A stretch of 64,000 bases of DNA from Trypanosoma brucei (lineage: Eukaryota): NCBI GenBank assembly GCA_000002445.1, contig CP000067.1:800001-864000 (forward strand), given 5' to 3'. Positions 35,158 to 47,179 of this stretch are shown here, piece by piece. Below the pieces are notes generated by a model. That model worked only from the letters and a program-made list of their open reading frames with translations. It made no database searches and was not told the DNA's origin. Every line of letters begins with the position of its first letter. Position 1 is the first letter of the stretch. Position numbers and translations under genes: made by a program.

Positions 35158-37848
35158 ATGCAGGGAGACACTAAAACTATGGGGAAAAAAAAAACAGTTT
35201 CAAGTTTGAATGAAACGCGAGAGCGCCGTCGTTTGGATATTGGGAAGGTACGAGACGTATGGAACACATTTCAAACCGCCATGTGGCATGTTTGTCTTCC
35301 TAATGAACTTGTCATGTGCTTCGATCCGCTGCTACGCTGCATCTTTGCGTTATATTATTTACCTCCTGTGGCATTAGTTGTGGCCATCACCCATAGCGCA
35401 TTGGCACGTATTGTTTGGGTGCTCGTTACTCCGGTTGCGCAGGAAATGGAAAAACAGCCATATGATGCCTCACGCATCGTAACACTTGCACTTGGGCTCT
35501 ATCAAATAATTATTTGCATGTTACCCTTCACCACGCTAAGTATTGCAGTGGCCACTTTAGGTCATAAGGCACTCAACTGCTTCATGGAAAGCATGGTGGA
35601 TAGTTGGTGTACGTATGAGCAGCGGGATTATCCACTTTTGGCAGCGCGCCTGCGTTTCATGATGGAGGACCGCTGGCGATGTTGTACCTTTCTTGTGGTG
35701 CTTTTCCTTCTTGGTACACTTGTGCTTTCAGGTTTTCATACCGACTTGCTCGTCGCATGGCCAGACCGCGAGGGCAATGTGGCATTAAATGTGTGGTTAA
35801 TCATTTTTATTGACTTAACATTCGTTGTAGTGTCGGCATTTACTTGTTCGCCGCCGGGGTTGCGGTTACTCAACTCAAAAAAAGACACAGCGGATGGAAA
35901 GGATGGATCATTTCTGGAATATTTCTTCGATACATGGTGGCGGAAACGTGTTTTCTATATCCGGTACGCCACGGGTTATATGGTGATTGCGCTCGGCGTG
36001 TTCACAACATATCATGATGGTCCATTGCGGGCGCTATCCATGCTGCTGGAGACTTTGATGTATTTACTCATACCTCACGTTATGGTGCACGCAGTGCTTT
36101 CAATTTCAATCGTAGCGGTTAACTTTCACCGCTCGGTGCGGTGGTTGTCCCACCACCGTGCGGCCGTGCCCCACACAATTGCCTTTATCCTACCTTACGA
36201 AGGAGTGCTGCTTTATTCCATGTATTACTTTAGGCACCACTGGATGACGGTGTGTTTGCTTGTGGGAGTCAGCGTTCTTCTAATATACCGCTCTATAGAC
36301 ATTGCGAGGGAATTTGAGGTGACAGAAGCCGGTTCCGTGCTTTGGAAACGGGAAGATGACGGAACCGTAGCGCCGCCAGATCTCGCTAAAGTGCTGGAAG
36401 AGGCGCACGAAAACAAATCACGGCACCTGAACACCGTAAGCCTTGGTGTATCAGGAGATATGGAACGGATGCGGTTAATATCGGATGGAAAGGAAATACC
36501 ACTGCAACGTGTGGTGATCGAACGAATCGGTGAGTCGAGGAGTCTTTCCAAAAAGGCAGTTTTCCTCGCGTACGCATTTCCGAGGGTGTTACACGCACAG
36601 AAACCGAACTATTTGGGTGGTAAGCATTTTCGGACGGGCCGGCTGCTGCTTCGTACGATTACGTCAATCCTCTTAACTTTCTTCGCCCTACTTGTGGCAG
36701 GTGTAATACTTCAGGCAGCTTTTCCAGAATTACGTAAATGGCCCGTCCGCTTACGGATATCGGAGGGGGGCGAAATTTTGACTATCGATCATATTGTGGT
36801 GCGCATGCATTTACTCTCTAGAAATGCAAGTGCAAATCCATTGTCGCCACCTGTTACCTCCGCCATGACGCCTGCACACGCCGCATTTCAATGGGGCAAT
36901 ACAACGGCGTTTAATACGGATTGGTATGCGTCGCTGTGCGCACGAGAGTTCCATGGCGCTTCAGTATGGGAAGTTTCATTACTTGCGCTGGCCACATACC
37001 TTTCAACTGAAGAGGAAGTGCGTCAAATGCTGCATTTTATGAATACACACATGGAGACAGACTGGATCATGCGCGAGCGTCATGGAATGGATTGCGTAGC
37101 CGTGGATTCTTCCACGAAGCCCACAGAATGGAATGGTTATTTCGACTTTTATAGTGCCAAACACGATCTCTCCGTGGTTGCCATTCGCGGAACCGATATG
37201 ACATCGGCTATTGATTTCCTTATCGACTTCAACATGTTTTTTGAGGTTGTTTTGTATCATCTCTTATCTAATTTCGTTCCTGGGGCAGGAATTTTACCCT
37301 CGCACCTAATCGCAGACTTGATTGGACTGGCTTCACTCCGGTCGGATGGAAACTTCCAGTACGGGACTTGGGAATCCCTCATTGCAGAGAGTAAAGCAGA
37401 TGATAAAAATAACAAACTCCAGTGCGTGAGTAATAACTATCGCCGTGACTTTTTTGCAGACGTTTATAATCACATCCGCTACATTGGCAGTAGGTCAAAG
37501 AGGCCGAAGCATGTTATCTTGACGGGCCACTCATTAGGTGGTGCCGTTGCCTCAATTGTTGGAGCCAAGATGGGAATTCAAGCTGTGGGTTTTGGAGCTC
37601 CGGGAATAACATTAGCGCGAAAAAAGTTCAACGTGGATTTGCGGAGTATTAACAAACACGTTGGGAATATCATATCCTCGCACGATATATTTCCCATGAT
37701 TGGTGGTAATGTTGGGGAGCAACATCGCATAGAGTGTCTGGCAACTACACGGGAACTTTGCCATGCCATGGAATTTCTCGTTGGAGCGCTATGGCGGTCA
37801 TGCGGGTCAATTCGCTCACGATTTCCCTCCATGGGCTCAGTTTTGTAA
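35158..37848 (+). CDS. polytopic membrane protein with a C-terminal class-3 (fungal-type) lipase domain
   Basis: Multiple hydrophobic helices in the N-terminal 400 aa. The lipase nucleophile elbow is 'LTGHSLGGAVASIVGAKMG'. Confidence 0.75.
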   Translation: MQGDTKTMGKKKTVSSLNETRERRRLDIGKVRDVWNTFQTAMWHVCLPNELVMCFDPLLRCIFALYYLPPVALVVAITHSALARIVWVLVTPVAQEMEKQPYDASRIVTLALGLYQIIICMLPFTTLSIAVATLGHKALNCFMESMVDSWCTYEQRDYPLLAARLRFMMEDRWRCCTFLVVLFLLGTLVLSGFHTDLLVAWPDREGNVALNVWLIIFIDLTFVVVSAFTCSPPGLRLLNSKKDTADGKDGSFLEYFFDTWWRKRVFYIRYATGYMVIALGVFTTYHDGPLRALSMLLETLMYLLIPHVMVHAVLSISIVAVNFHRSVRWLSHHRAAVPHTIAFILPYEGVLLYSMYYFRHHWMTVCLLVGVSVLLIYRSIDIAREFEVTEAGSVLWKREDDGTVAPPDLAKVLEEAHENKSRHLNTVSLGVSGDMERMRLISDGKEIPLQRVVIERIGESRSLSKKAVFLAYAFPRVLHAQKPNYLGGKHFRTGRLLLRTITSILLTFFALLVAGVILQAAFPELRKWPVRLRISEGGEILTIDHIVVRMHLLSRNASANPLSPPVTSAMTPAHAAFQWGNTTAFNTDWYASLCAREFHGASVWEVSLLALATYLSTEEEVRQMLHFMNTHMETDWIMRERHGMDCVAVDSSTKPTEWNGYFDFYSAKHDLSVVAIRGTDMTSAIDFLIDFNMFFEVVLYHLLSNFVPGAGILPSHLIADLIGLASLRSDGNFQYGTWESLIAESKADDKNNKLQCVSNNYRRDFFADVYNHIRYIGSRSKRPKHVILTGHSLGGAVASIVGAKMGIQAVGFGAPGITLARKKFNVDLRSINKHVGNIISSHDIFPMIGGNVGEQHRIECLATTRELCHAMEFLVGALWRSCGSIRSRFPSMGSVL

Positions 37849-39373
37849 CCTCCCGATACGTCACATTCAAGACAAACATGGAACTGGATTTGTGTTCGTA
37901 TTAGGCTCCCTTTGTTTTGTTTTGTTTTGTTTTTTCTTTTTTGTTTCCGTCGTTGACCTTTCAATGGGGAGGAGAGGAATGAAGGGCAAGTAGAAGAAAA
38001 GAAAACAGAGGGAGGAGAAAATATGCACCAATGGGAGTTGATTAATGGGATATGTGCAAGGTGAGAGGGAGGTGTTGAAAATAAAATAAATGAGCACAAG
38101 CGCGTGTGTTGAATAATTTCATAATTTTTTTTTCTTCGCTGTTGACTTGTTCATTTGTCTCTCTCTGTTGTATTAATCTACCTAATCGCTTTCCTTCACC
38201 TGTTCTTCAACACTTTTTTTTTTCTGATTCACCTGTTGTTAATGCTTCATTTTTATCCGCACGGCAACATGCTTTTCGGCAGCCGCCGTTGTGAAATTCA
38301 ATTCAACACGCACGTGCGATTATGCCCATTTGTAGTCATAACACCCACCTCATATTTCTTTTTTCTTCTTTTATTTATCATTCCAATTTTACAGTCGGGC
38401 GGAAGTAATGCGCTTCAAACCTGCTGAGTTGTTTTGTTTTGTTTTCTGGAATGTGTGTGTTTTGCGTCAACACGAAGAGGCCATCGCACAAACCCTTCAA
38501 CACACGTCCAACTCATCAAAAAGAAAATTATTAATAATAATAATAGTATTGGCAACAGTAATAATAATATTGTTATTAACGTTGATAACACGACGTGAGG
38601 AAGTGAACCGCACAGTTCTGCCCAACATTTAATTCAGTCTGGTGAAGGAAAGAATAAAAGGAAGGAGGAAACATATTCCTTTACTTCGGAGAAACACATC
38701 TGGGAACGGATTTCGTAGAATGTAAACACCACTCGAATTTGTCATGAAATTCCGTTTTAGCCCCTGATTCTCCTTTTTTTTTTTTTTATTTCTTTCTTTC
38801 TTCCTTTCTTTGTATATTCATCGCTTTTGTGATGCTTGTGTTTTCTTTTTTTTTTCTCTCTTTTTTTTCTGTCAGTGAGTTCACGTGAATAAGGGATTAT
38901 AGTCTCACTGGTGGGGAATGGTTTCATGTCTTGGCAGTAGTTACCGCACTTAAGTCTGTCGTTTCTTTTTTGTTGTTGTTGTTGTTGTTGTTGTGGAGTT
39001 GCCACCATTCGGCCGTGAGAGAAAAAAATCCTTGCGTAAAATCCATGCGAGATTTGGTGCTCGCTCCCTTTGTTGTTGTTGTTTTCCTTACTTTTACTCA
39101 CTTGTTCTGTTTTGCTTTGTCGTCCGCATAAAAGAAGAAAGGCAAACAGGACGAAGCACATTTTAACCTTCTGCTTTGGGGAACGTGGCTGTTCCCAGGG
39201 GGGATTTTATTGATTGATGTTGCTTGTTTTTGTGTTTTGCTTTCTTTTGCACATGCAATCCGTGAGTATGGCACATTCACAATAACATGAGGCTGAAAAC
39301 AGTGATGCCTTTACGTCCTTTACCTCATCTCTTTATTTAACTTCACACACATATCCGTCAATAAAAGGTTGGA

Positions 39374-40021
39374 ATGAGTACCACAGGAAGCTGGACAATT
39401 GAACGAAGCGATGGCGTCATCGTTAAAATTGATAAACCGAATGTCTCTTTTCGCTTCGGCCGCGGAAAGGAACTTCCTCCTGGACAGCAACTTAACGACA
39501 AGTACATCTCCCGGAATCACATCTCATTCGAGTGTAAATCATCTTCGCTTTTCGCAAAGCAAAGCGGCCGGAACCCAACATTTTATTCAGCAGCGTTCCG
39601 TCAAGTTCCGAGAGCCGGATTGGAGTTCCGGCCTGCCGATGCCAACAAAACTTCTGCCGCGCAACCCGATGGTTCCGGCAACAAAAATGAGGAAAATATT
39701 GTTTTCGTTCCATGTGGTAATGAAAAAACAAATCAAGTTGTGATAAGCAGCAGCGGGAATGAAATAGAACTGTGTACCCTTCACTTCCCAGAGGAGTTGA
39801 GACTCCCAAAACTTACGGTACGTTACACACCGCCACGCATAGAAAAGGTGGATCACATGCCAAGAGGTGTTCCCGCCGTTCCACTCGTTTTCCCTAAGGA
39901 TGATGATGATGATGATGACGATGACAATAACAACAACAACAACAGTCACGGCTCCACCCCGCCTGCTTGGCGCGGGATTCTTGACGCCGTTCTTCAATCC
40001 AATAAAGGCAGTGACAGTTAA
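39374..40021 (+). CDS. FHA-domain protein with a poly-Asp/poly-Asn tract
   Basis: 'FRFGRGKELPPGQQLNDKYISRNHISFEC' fits the FHA G-R...S-R-x-H core. The D9N6 tract is encoded by the (GAT)n(AAC)n repeat at ~39898-39948. Confidence 0.55.
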   Translation: MSTTGSWTIERSDGVIVKIDKPNVSFRFGRGKELPPGQQLNDKYISRNHISFECKSSSLFAKQSGRNPTFYSAAFRQVPRAGLEFRPADANKTSAAQPDGSGNKNEENIVFVPCGNEKTNQVVISSSGNEIELCTLHFPEELRLPKLTVRYTPPRIEKVDHMPRGVPAVPLVFPKDDDDDDDDDNNNNNNSHGSTPPAWRGILDAVLQSNKGSDS

Positions 40022-40583
40022 CATAAGCGCAATTCATTTGGAGCGCGCAACAGGCCGTTGTGGTTTGGACGATGGTTTGAACCACCAATTTGATTAAAGT
40101 TAACTTAATTGAATGGAGAGGCGCATTGCCTCCACATAAGCAGATACGGAGGGCGCCTGAATTTACACGGCAAATAAACAGCCTTGAGGGTAATGCGGCG
40201 AGTTGAACAAACGCTGAAATTGATGCGCTTATTCGGTTGCGAGGAGTTGCGGTATATCTTGTGCGCATATGTTGGTGGTTGGTTGCATGTGAGTTTTAGC
40301 AATGCTGAACAAAAGTTGTCGTAGAGCTGCTGCTGAAATGTAACGAAAGGTGTGGCGATCATGTCGGTCATATATTGCTCCGACTGAGTTCGCATGTGTG
40401 CTTGTCAAATTGCTCTTCCCTTGTGAAGCTAAGCCGTGTATGCGTGTAAGAGCGGATCCTCTTGCTTCGACAACCTCTGCCGGTGACTTAACCCGCGATA
40501 CGTTGCTGCCTTTTTGTGGTTGTTGTTGTTGTTGCTGTTCTTTTTCTTGTTTTAAAAAAAAAAAAAAGAAAAAGGTATCTCAG

Positions 40584-41246
40584 ATGCCGGCGCCGCCAGC
40601 GGCATCCGGTGTGCGTCGCCTGCAGAAGGAGTTACGCGACATCACCCTGGACCCTCCACCGTATTGTAACGCTGCTCCTTCGTCGGAAAGCATTTTCACG
40701 TGGTATTTCACCCTCGATGGACTACCTCAGACGCCTTATGAAGGTGGTCGATATGTTGGGGAGCTGAGGTTCCCACCTGAATATCCGATGAAGGCACCCA
40801 AAATAATTATGCTGACGCCGAGTGGACGGTTTGTTATTAACAGTCCCATTTGCCTTACCATAACTGATTTTCATCCGGAAGAGTGGAGCCCAATGTGGGG
40901 GGTGCGGACAATAATCACTGGTTTGCTTTCATTCATGGTCAGTGAGGAAAGTGGGTTGGGCGGGATGACGGCAACTGCAGAGAGTCGAAGGGCTCTGGCT
41001 GCAGAAAGTCATCGCTATAATGTGGAGCGTGTGCCGGTATACAAGGAATTGTTCAACAGCGAGTACCAGAAAGATTTAAAAAAATTGAACGAGGAAGCAG
41101 AGGCATTGCGCAAGAACTGTGGTGACGTTAGCGAGCATTTGGGTAACAAAACCACCAACGCAGGCAGGGCGCAGCTGCGTGGAATCGTTGCTTCTATCGT
41201 TGTGTTGGTTGCCCTTGCTGTGGGGCTCTTAGTGCTTAGGAATTGA
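40584..41246 (+). CDS. ubiquitin-conjugating enzyme E2, UBE2J-like, with a C-terminal TM anchor. The start is set at 'MPAPPAASG'; the ORF opens at 40350.
   Basis: UBC fold motif 'HPEEWSPMWGVRTIITGLLSFM' with the catalytic-Cys context 'INSPICLTI', and the C-terminal hydrophobic 'IVASIVVLVALAVGLLVL'. Confidence 0.75.
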   Translation: MPAPPAASGVRRLQKELRDITLDPPPYCNAAPSSESIFTWYFTLDGLPQTPYEGGRYVGELRFPPEYPMKAPKIIMLTPSGRFVINSPICLTITDFHPEEWSPMWGVRTIITGLLSFMVSEESGLGGMTATAESRRALAAESHRYNVERVPVYKELFNSEYQKDLKKLNEEAEALRKNCGDVSEHLGNKTTNAGRAQLRGIVASIVVLVALAVGLLVLRN

Positions 41247-42082
41247 CGGGCTGTTGACTCCATCCTTATTCCCATCCCCACCCAAACGCGCACGATCACA
41301 ATTATTCGTATGAAATTCTCACAGGCAAAGCGTTCATTTCCGCCCACCTCCTCCGTTGAAAATTACCTTCCCACCCGAGCTTCAGTTGATGGCATTACCC
41401 TTCAACACACGCCTGCACTTGACGCCAACATTAACTTTATTACATGTAATCTCTTCTCCACACCATTAAATAGTAAATGTTAAGGAAATGCGCCTGGGAC
41501 AAATGCATATGATACTTTCATGCCTTTCGTTGGATCGCAACCCACTTTGACACTCAGTTGCGGCGTCGCCGAAGTGTTTCAAGAGGGTATTTTTTGTTCG
41601 CCGACTTCCTCTCGACCGTTCAAACTGACATGGGTTTCGGTCATTTCCCCTGTTTGCCGGATTCCGATGGATGTGAAGAAGTGCAATAAAGCGTTGCATT
41701 ATGGAGCAAGTGGAGAAATCACAGCGGTCTCTCAGTGTTGCTGAATTATTTCTGTTTCCCTCTCCCCGATCTAGGGCAACGGTGCAGTTCCAAAACAATA
41801 AAAAGGTCGGGACGCGAAAGTGGACAGAGAGTGCTCAAGGAACGCCATTGTGAGGTTTGACACACTTCACGTATGCGAATACCGGAATTCACACATGGCC
41901 CTCGACGGGCATCGGCTACACGGGCGCCATAGCGTTACGAATCCGTGGGGAGTCCAACTTTTTTGCTTCTGAAGCGCCGCATTCCTGTCACTTGAAATAG
42001 CAGTCCATCGTGAACTAAATGAGATCGTGCAAACACATTCCGGAAGCAACGGCCAGAAAAGGAACCTTACCGAGACCACCTC

Positions 42083-42803
42083 CAAAACCATGAAAAAAAG
42101 GACATATTGCACACATTTGTTTTCCCCTTATTTTCCTTCCTGTCACTGTTCCTTTCCCAGCCCAGTTCCAGTTTCCCATGACAGCACGGGTCCAATACCT
42201 TCCTCTTTTATAATGAACAATGGGGCATTTGATGGAATGTTTGCAGCAGCACCGCAACACCCCGCCACACATTGCAGCCTCGTGAGGTGATGTTTGAACT
42301 CTGTTGGTATGGGGGTCATCCTCTCCCTGCCTTTCTGGTATTTTAGCATTGCTTTCTCAACCAACCCAATAAAAGAAAAAGCAAAGCAAGGCAAAGAGCA
42401 AAAAGAGACGAGCCGTCCACTGACTCACGTTTTAGTTGATGGGGATGTTACTCTCGATGTAATGAATAATGGATATGCTGCTTCATTAGTAACTAAAACA
42501 GCGACCCCTTTTCCTTTCATTCGTTTCCGTCCCAAATGTCACCACCTCAGGCCACACACACACGCACAATCTCAATCCCTCTTCCCCTTTCATCCGAACA
42601 TTAAAATTTCACGGCAGCAAAATTGAGGGAAACGGAGAAATGACGAAAACCTACGCCGATCGGGACTCGAACCCGAGACCTTCGCCGTGTTAAAGCGACG
42701 TCATAACCACCTAGACCATCAGCGCTTGCCCGCTCCGGCAATTTTTGTATCATTTCCTCAGTTCAATTGATTTAAACACGAAAACGACTGACGGTGGTGG
42801 GGT
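42083..42803. repeat. left arm of a ~720-bp inverted repeat (≈98% identical to the right arm). It contains tRNA-Val and the 3' end of tRNA-Leu.
   Basis: Direct comparison with the reverse complement of 61012-61732. The ORF-track proteins 42294-42626(+) and 61186-61518(-) are identical. Only a few substitutions are visible, e.g. 'ataatgaacaatgggg' versus 'ataatgaccagtgggg'. Confidence 0.85.
42652..42725 (-). tRNA. tRNA-Val (anticodon AAC)
   Basis: Folded by hand. Acceptor is GCGCTGA/TCGGCGT, anticodon stem TCGCT/GGCGA with loop TTAACAC, T-arm TCGGG-TTCGAGT-CCCGA, and a T-run follows on the coding strand. It lies inside the left inverted-repeat arm. Confidence 0.8.
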
Positions 42804-42822
42804 TCGAACCCACGCCCCTAGA

Positions 42823-42861
<39 letters not shown>

Positions 42862-42868
42862 CACCGCC
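42789..42868 (-). tRNA. tRNA-Leu (anticodon TAG), long-variable-arm type
   Basis: Acceptor GGCGGTG/CACCGTC, D-arm GCCGAGTGGTCTAAGGC, anticodon loop TTTAGGC, variable arm TCTCTAGGGGC, T-arm GTGGG-TTCGAAC-CCCAC, and a T-run after the 3' end. Confidence 0.8.
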
Positions 42869-42926
42869 ACCACCGCCGGTTTCGCGGGCGAATTTCTGTT
42901 ATAAACTTACTCCCGCAGTAAAAATA

Positions 42927-42999
42927 TGCGATCGGTGAGGCTCGAACTCACGACCTTGGGATTATGAAACCCACGCGCTGCCGACTGCGCCACGCTCGC
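42927..42999 (-). tRNA. tRNA-Met (anticodon CAT), elongator type (G1:C72, T54)
   Basis: Acceptor GCGAGCG/CGATCGC (one mismatch), anticodon stem with GGG:CCC, loop TTCATAA, T-arm GTGAG-TTCGAGC-CTCAC. The sequence is identical to the plus-strand copy at 60774-60846. Confidence 0.75.
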
Positions 43000-45900
43000 A
43001 GCAGCTTCCGTCACATTTCGGATTGCCTTTTAACGGCTGGAAATCAGTTTCCAACCAGCAGGCTCATTCTGTAAATTCGCGCTGGGAAGCTTACATCCGC
43101 TTCTTCTATGCGAACACAACAATATACTTTCAAAATAACTACTCACTGTGAAAGTATCATATTTTACTGTTTTTATGTCGTCCCACTGAAGGAGTTTGGT
43201 GTATACATGAAGCATCCGCCGCAACGACAGCTGAAATAACACCTTTTCTCCACGCGAACGCCATTGAATATGGGTTGCCTAGAGGACTGGACGGAACAAC
43301 GGGAAGTACGTGTACACGGCGTCTGGAGCTCGTAAAAAATTAAATGGAATAGTTATACTTGTATTTATTTCAACGGTTAAGAAGATTGATCGTTATGGTA
43401 AAAGTATGGAAAGAAGTAAAAATAAGGTAGCGTTGAATGAGGAGTCGTGAAGGGGATGAAAATGAAAGAATGCTCCAACTCGCAGACTTTATTCTCACTA
43501 ACTAGATCCGCTTTACCGTATATTTCAATGTAGTATAAGAGTGTTATTCTTCCGCGAGGTGAGTGTGAGATTTGTAAAGGTGAGCATCCCCTCACGCTGT
43601 TGGTACAGAGCCATCGGTGTCGGAAGCGGCTGCTGCCATATATCCGCGGAATGTGAATGACCTCCAGGAAACAGTAGAAGCCACCAGAAAGGAAGTAAAG
43701 TGAGATTTTCCCATGATAATCCTAGAATCAACGCTAGCCCTTGGTTTCTCACAAGTTTGTATCTTTTTTTTTCCTTTATCGTCTTGTTACGTTTTGCAAT
43801 TCACCCTTTTTTTTCGAGCCTCTCCTTAAACTTTTTTTTCAAGAACCTTTCTCGTTTCTTATTTAAATAATTATTAGAGTTTATATCCTGGATACCTTCA
43901 TGAAGTTCTTTTGCGTCCCTTTTTGAAACCTATGTGCATGGCACCGTTGTAATGTTTCACAAATCCTGTTGCATTCCATGCGATTGAGATTCATATCTTC
44001 CCTGGAGGCGTCAGAAATTGCAGAGTAATGGTGAGTTGAGTTTACCGTTAGGGGGAGGCCAAATGACTGTTCGCACCCTGTCATCAGGGAGACATGGCAG
44101 CTCACCGGCTGTTGGTTGTTGGGGTAACGGGGGAAGTGGAAACGATATTGGCTCCCTGATGTGGGAACCGATATCTTTGTTGTCCCTTGCACGCTCTTGC
44201 ATGTTCCCGTGGGCGTGTAGGGACAACTCCTGTTGTGGAGAAGACATCAGAGGCAACTGTAATTCACCTACTGGCGTATGGTAAGGGACTGTCTCTTCAA
44301 ATTTTTTGGGGGGAAAAAGGAAGGCTTCTTTTGCGTTTTGAAGGGGACATACATCCACGCGACGAAGAAGTGAAATGCAAAATGATGCCTGTATTTCCGG
44401 AACATTGATATAGCAAACCCTTCTAGGGGTTGACGAGTGTCAAAATCGGCAGAAAATAGCACAGGTAGAATGCAAGGCTCGTAACAAAATGGAAACTGGA
44501 AGAGTGTCAGTTAAACCGAAACTCGCTCAGGAGTAGTGGAACACACTCGTGTCAATATTTTTCTGTGGCCAAATCTGGAATCACCTGACCACTACTGGAA
44601 GGTTGCATGGAAGAGATAGTTTGAAGGTTTGCAGAAAGGCAATGGAGTAGCAATTCGACGAAGGAGGAAACTTAAATACCCCACATATCACGCGGAATGC
44701 TGCCTTGGAATAGGATTCCGCAGAATATGAGGGATAAATGTTATTGCCGCCTGAAGGAATAATAGTCACTTATAGGGATAGGGGTTTACGATGGGAATTA
44801 GGCAGTTCCTTCAGCTGTTGGAAGTTTTGAAGCAAATAGACAAGACAGCAAAAACAATGAACTTCCTGAGGAATCAGAGCAGGCAATGCAAAAGGCACTG
44901 ACCGAAGCGCAGAGTAGAACACGATACAAATGTAGATGGTGCGATTATTAGCGTGTTCATGTGTCGGGGCCCATTCTGCACACAAGGAACAAACACTCGG
45001 TGGAAGTTGGAATGAAAAAAGATACAAATGATAAAGCATCTCCGGCATCAAAGACAGCTCCAAAGACCCTCCAACGCTCGCAGTACAAAATGCGTGCAAC
45101 AAAGTGACCTCACTGAACTCATGCAGCGGAAAGGCGAATGCAAAATAGGAAAAAAAGCACAACACTGTAAAAAGTGGGTACTACTCATCTTCCCTAAAAC
45201 CGTCACAACACCCCTCCCCAGGAAGCGCTGCGTAGAGAAAGCGGTCGAAAATGCGGCAAACAGATGGTTGCCGTTTCGCATGCAACTGGCACGTTTCCAT
45301 GCAAGCTATTTCAACCAAAGGATTTGGAGCTAAACACAGAGGAGCGTCAACAGACTCAAGATAACTGTCAAAGGAATTCACACTGAAACGACCATGGGTT
45401 GGTTCAACACAAAAAAACACGCTCTTAATTAACTCTATAAGATTCTTTCGCATTCCACAGTTTCTCACGTCTCCACTGACTTGTTTCCTCTCTACGAAAA
45501 AGCAGCTCTACTTGTTTGCTACACGTATCTAAAGGGATACTGACACTTTTTTGAAACGTGTTCATCGCCTCATATCGCTTATCTTCAGACTGTTCCCACA
45601 AAGGAGCTGAAGAGCTTAATAAAAATAATAAAAATATGTTCGCATTCATACCATCAAACCCCAATAACGGAAAACATTGAAGAAAAGAATTTCCCTGCAG
45701 TTACTGATATAACATGAAGACCAACAAAAGAACTTACTCAACACTCCATAGATGGTATGTAATTAACATGCACCCAGAAACATACGCAGCCGATAGATAA
45801 TAGAAGGATCGAAATAAGTCCTCAAAATATATGCGATACAGCCTCCACTTTTTTTTTGACCTTCGCCTACGCACAAACCGCTATAAAATTGCTATGTTCC

Positions 45901-47179
45901 TTTTGAGTCGACAATTATTTTGCGTTTCTGTCAGCGCATATATCGATCTTTTCAAAAACTTTCAAACAATGCGTACAATCCTCCCCACCTAGGCAATTGC
46001 AACCAAATTTTACCAACCACCTTTACCACATATTTTGCCGAGAAAATACCCCGTGATTTGATTTTTCGTTAAATTTTTCGCCATGGAAAAGTGCATTTGT
46101 TGCTTTTCTTCGCTTCATTAATTTTACCACTTACTCTAGTAGTGTGTTTCAGGACCTCCAATAATTTGCTGCTATCGTTTATTTTGTTGGAGAATTTCTC
46201 TTCGCTAGATAAAACTTTACTGAAGGTTTTGAACGTTGTCAGTAAATCTGGCTTCTGCGGTGCACAAGCGCCGTATATTTATTTTTTTCATAAGTGCGTG
46301 CCTCAGAAATAGCACTTCCCTGGCTCAGTAATGGGACAACCACGCCCCTGTTGACTTTATTTTGAAGCTTTCTCTTACTACATCTCGGAGTAAGTTTCTT
46401 TCCCTCATGAGCTCATAAATTTCCACCACTGGTTCTTTCTCTTTTCTAGAGATGTCATTTTCACACGTCAAACCAGCTGTGATGACCTCAGATGTTCTAT
46501 TTTTTATTTTCAGTGTGGTCCCAAGGTCTCTTTCATGTAGTGAAGTTCCGGAATTGGTCTTTTATGGCTTTCATCTGTCTTTGTTCACTTCTTTTTTCAC
46601 TTTGTTTCTGCGAGTCACATATTCCAACCGTTGTCACTATGTTTTGTTAGCTCCTTGGTAGTATGTCTGTTCTGACCCACAGTAATCTGGCACTTCTTTC
46701 TTTCCATCCGTTCCATAGTGTTCATATAACCTCACCTTCGTCGTCGCAGACAAAACCATCATTTGCTCTTGATCACCTTCTTTGTACACGTAACGTTCTA
46801 TTTTCTCCCCCTTGCCATACACACGCAAATACGCAAAAATGGAGAGAAAAGTATACATCCTTGCAACCTGAACTCCCTTGTTTACCTATAACTTCAACAT
46901 AGTTCGGTCTTTTCTCGATCCACTGTATCCCCTTCTGAAAAAAAGACAAAGCATATGAGCGTACATGCTTCGTATCAAACGAAAACTCAAACTGAAGCAC
47001 GTGTGTGACCATGCATGCTCTCGCGTGATATTTAGTATCGTATACCTGTGCTACTAAGAAAATATAAAGATGCGCGCAAAGAGGAAAGGGGGTGTCTATG
47101 ACAATAGTGGCTCTGAAGATGAAGCTTAAAAAGGGAAGTAACACAAACGAGTGGAAACTGTATTCACACATTCTTGATA

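Noticed and set aside
42294-42626. A 110-aa ORF present identically in both inverted-repeat arms (also at 61186-61518 on the minus strand), plus overlapping ORFs 42143-42394 and 42027-42290 with counterparts in the right arm
   Set aside because: The conservation is at the nucleotide level across the whole IR, so identical translations are expected whether or not the region codes. The sequence is low-complexity (CA/CT-rich). There is no domain or codon-usage signal. The ORFs also overlap each other on both strands.
43000-47179. Short minus-strand ORFs (44011-44358, 44770-45165, 46773-47171) in the switch region, examined as possible degenerate extra copies of the A/B genes
   Set aside because: They show no similarity to the A/B or VSG-like proteins and have no signal peptide. 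46773-47171 is most likely the 3' UTR of the last A gene.
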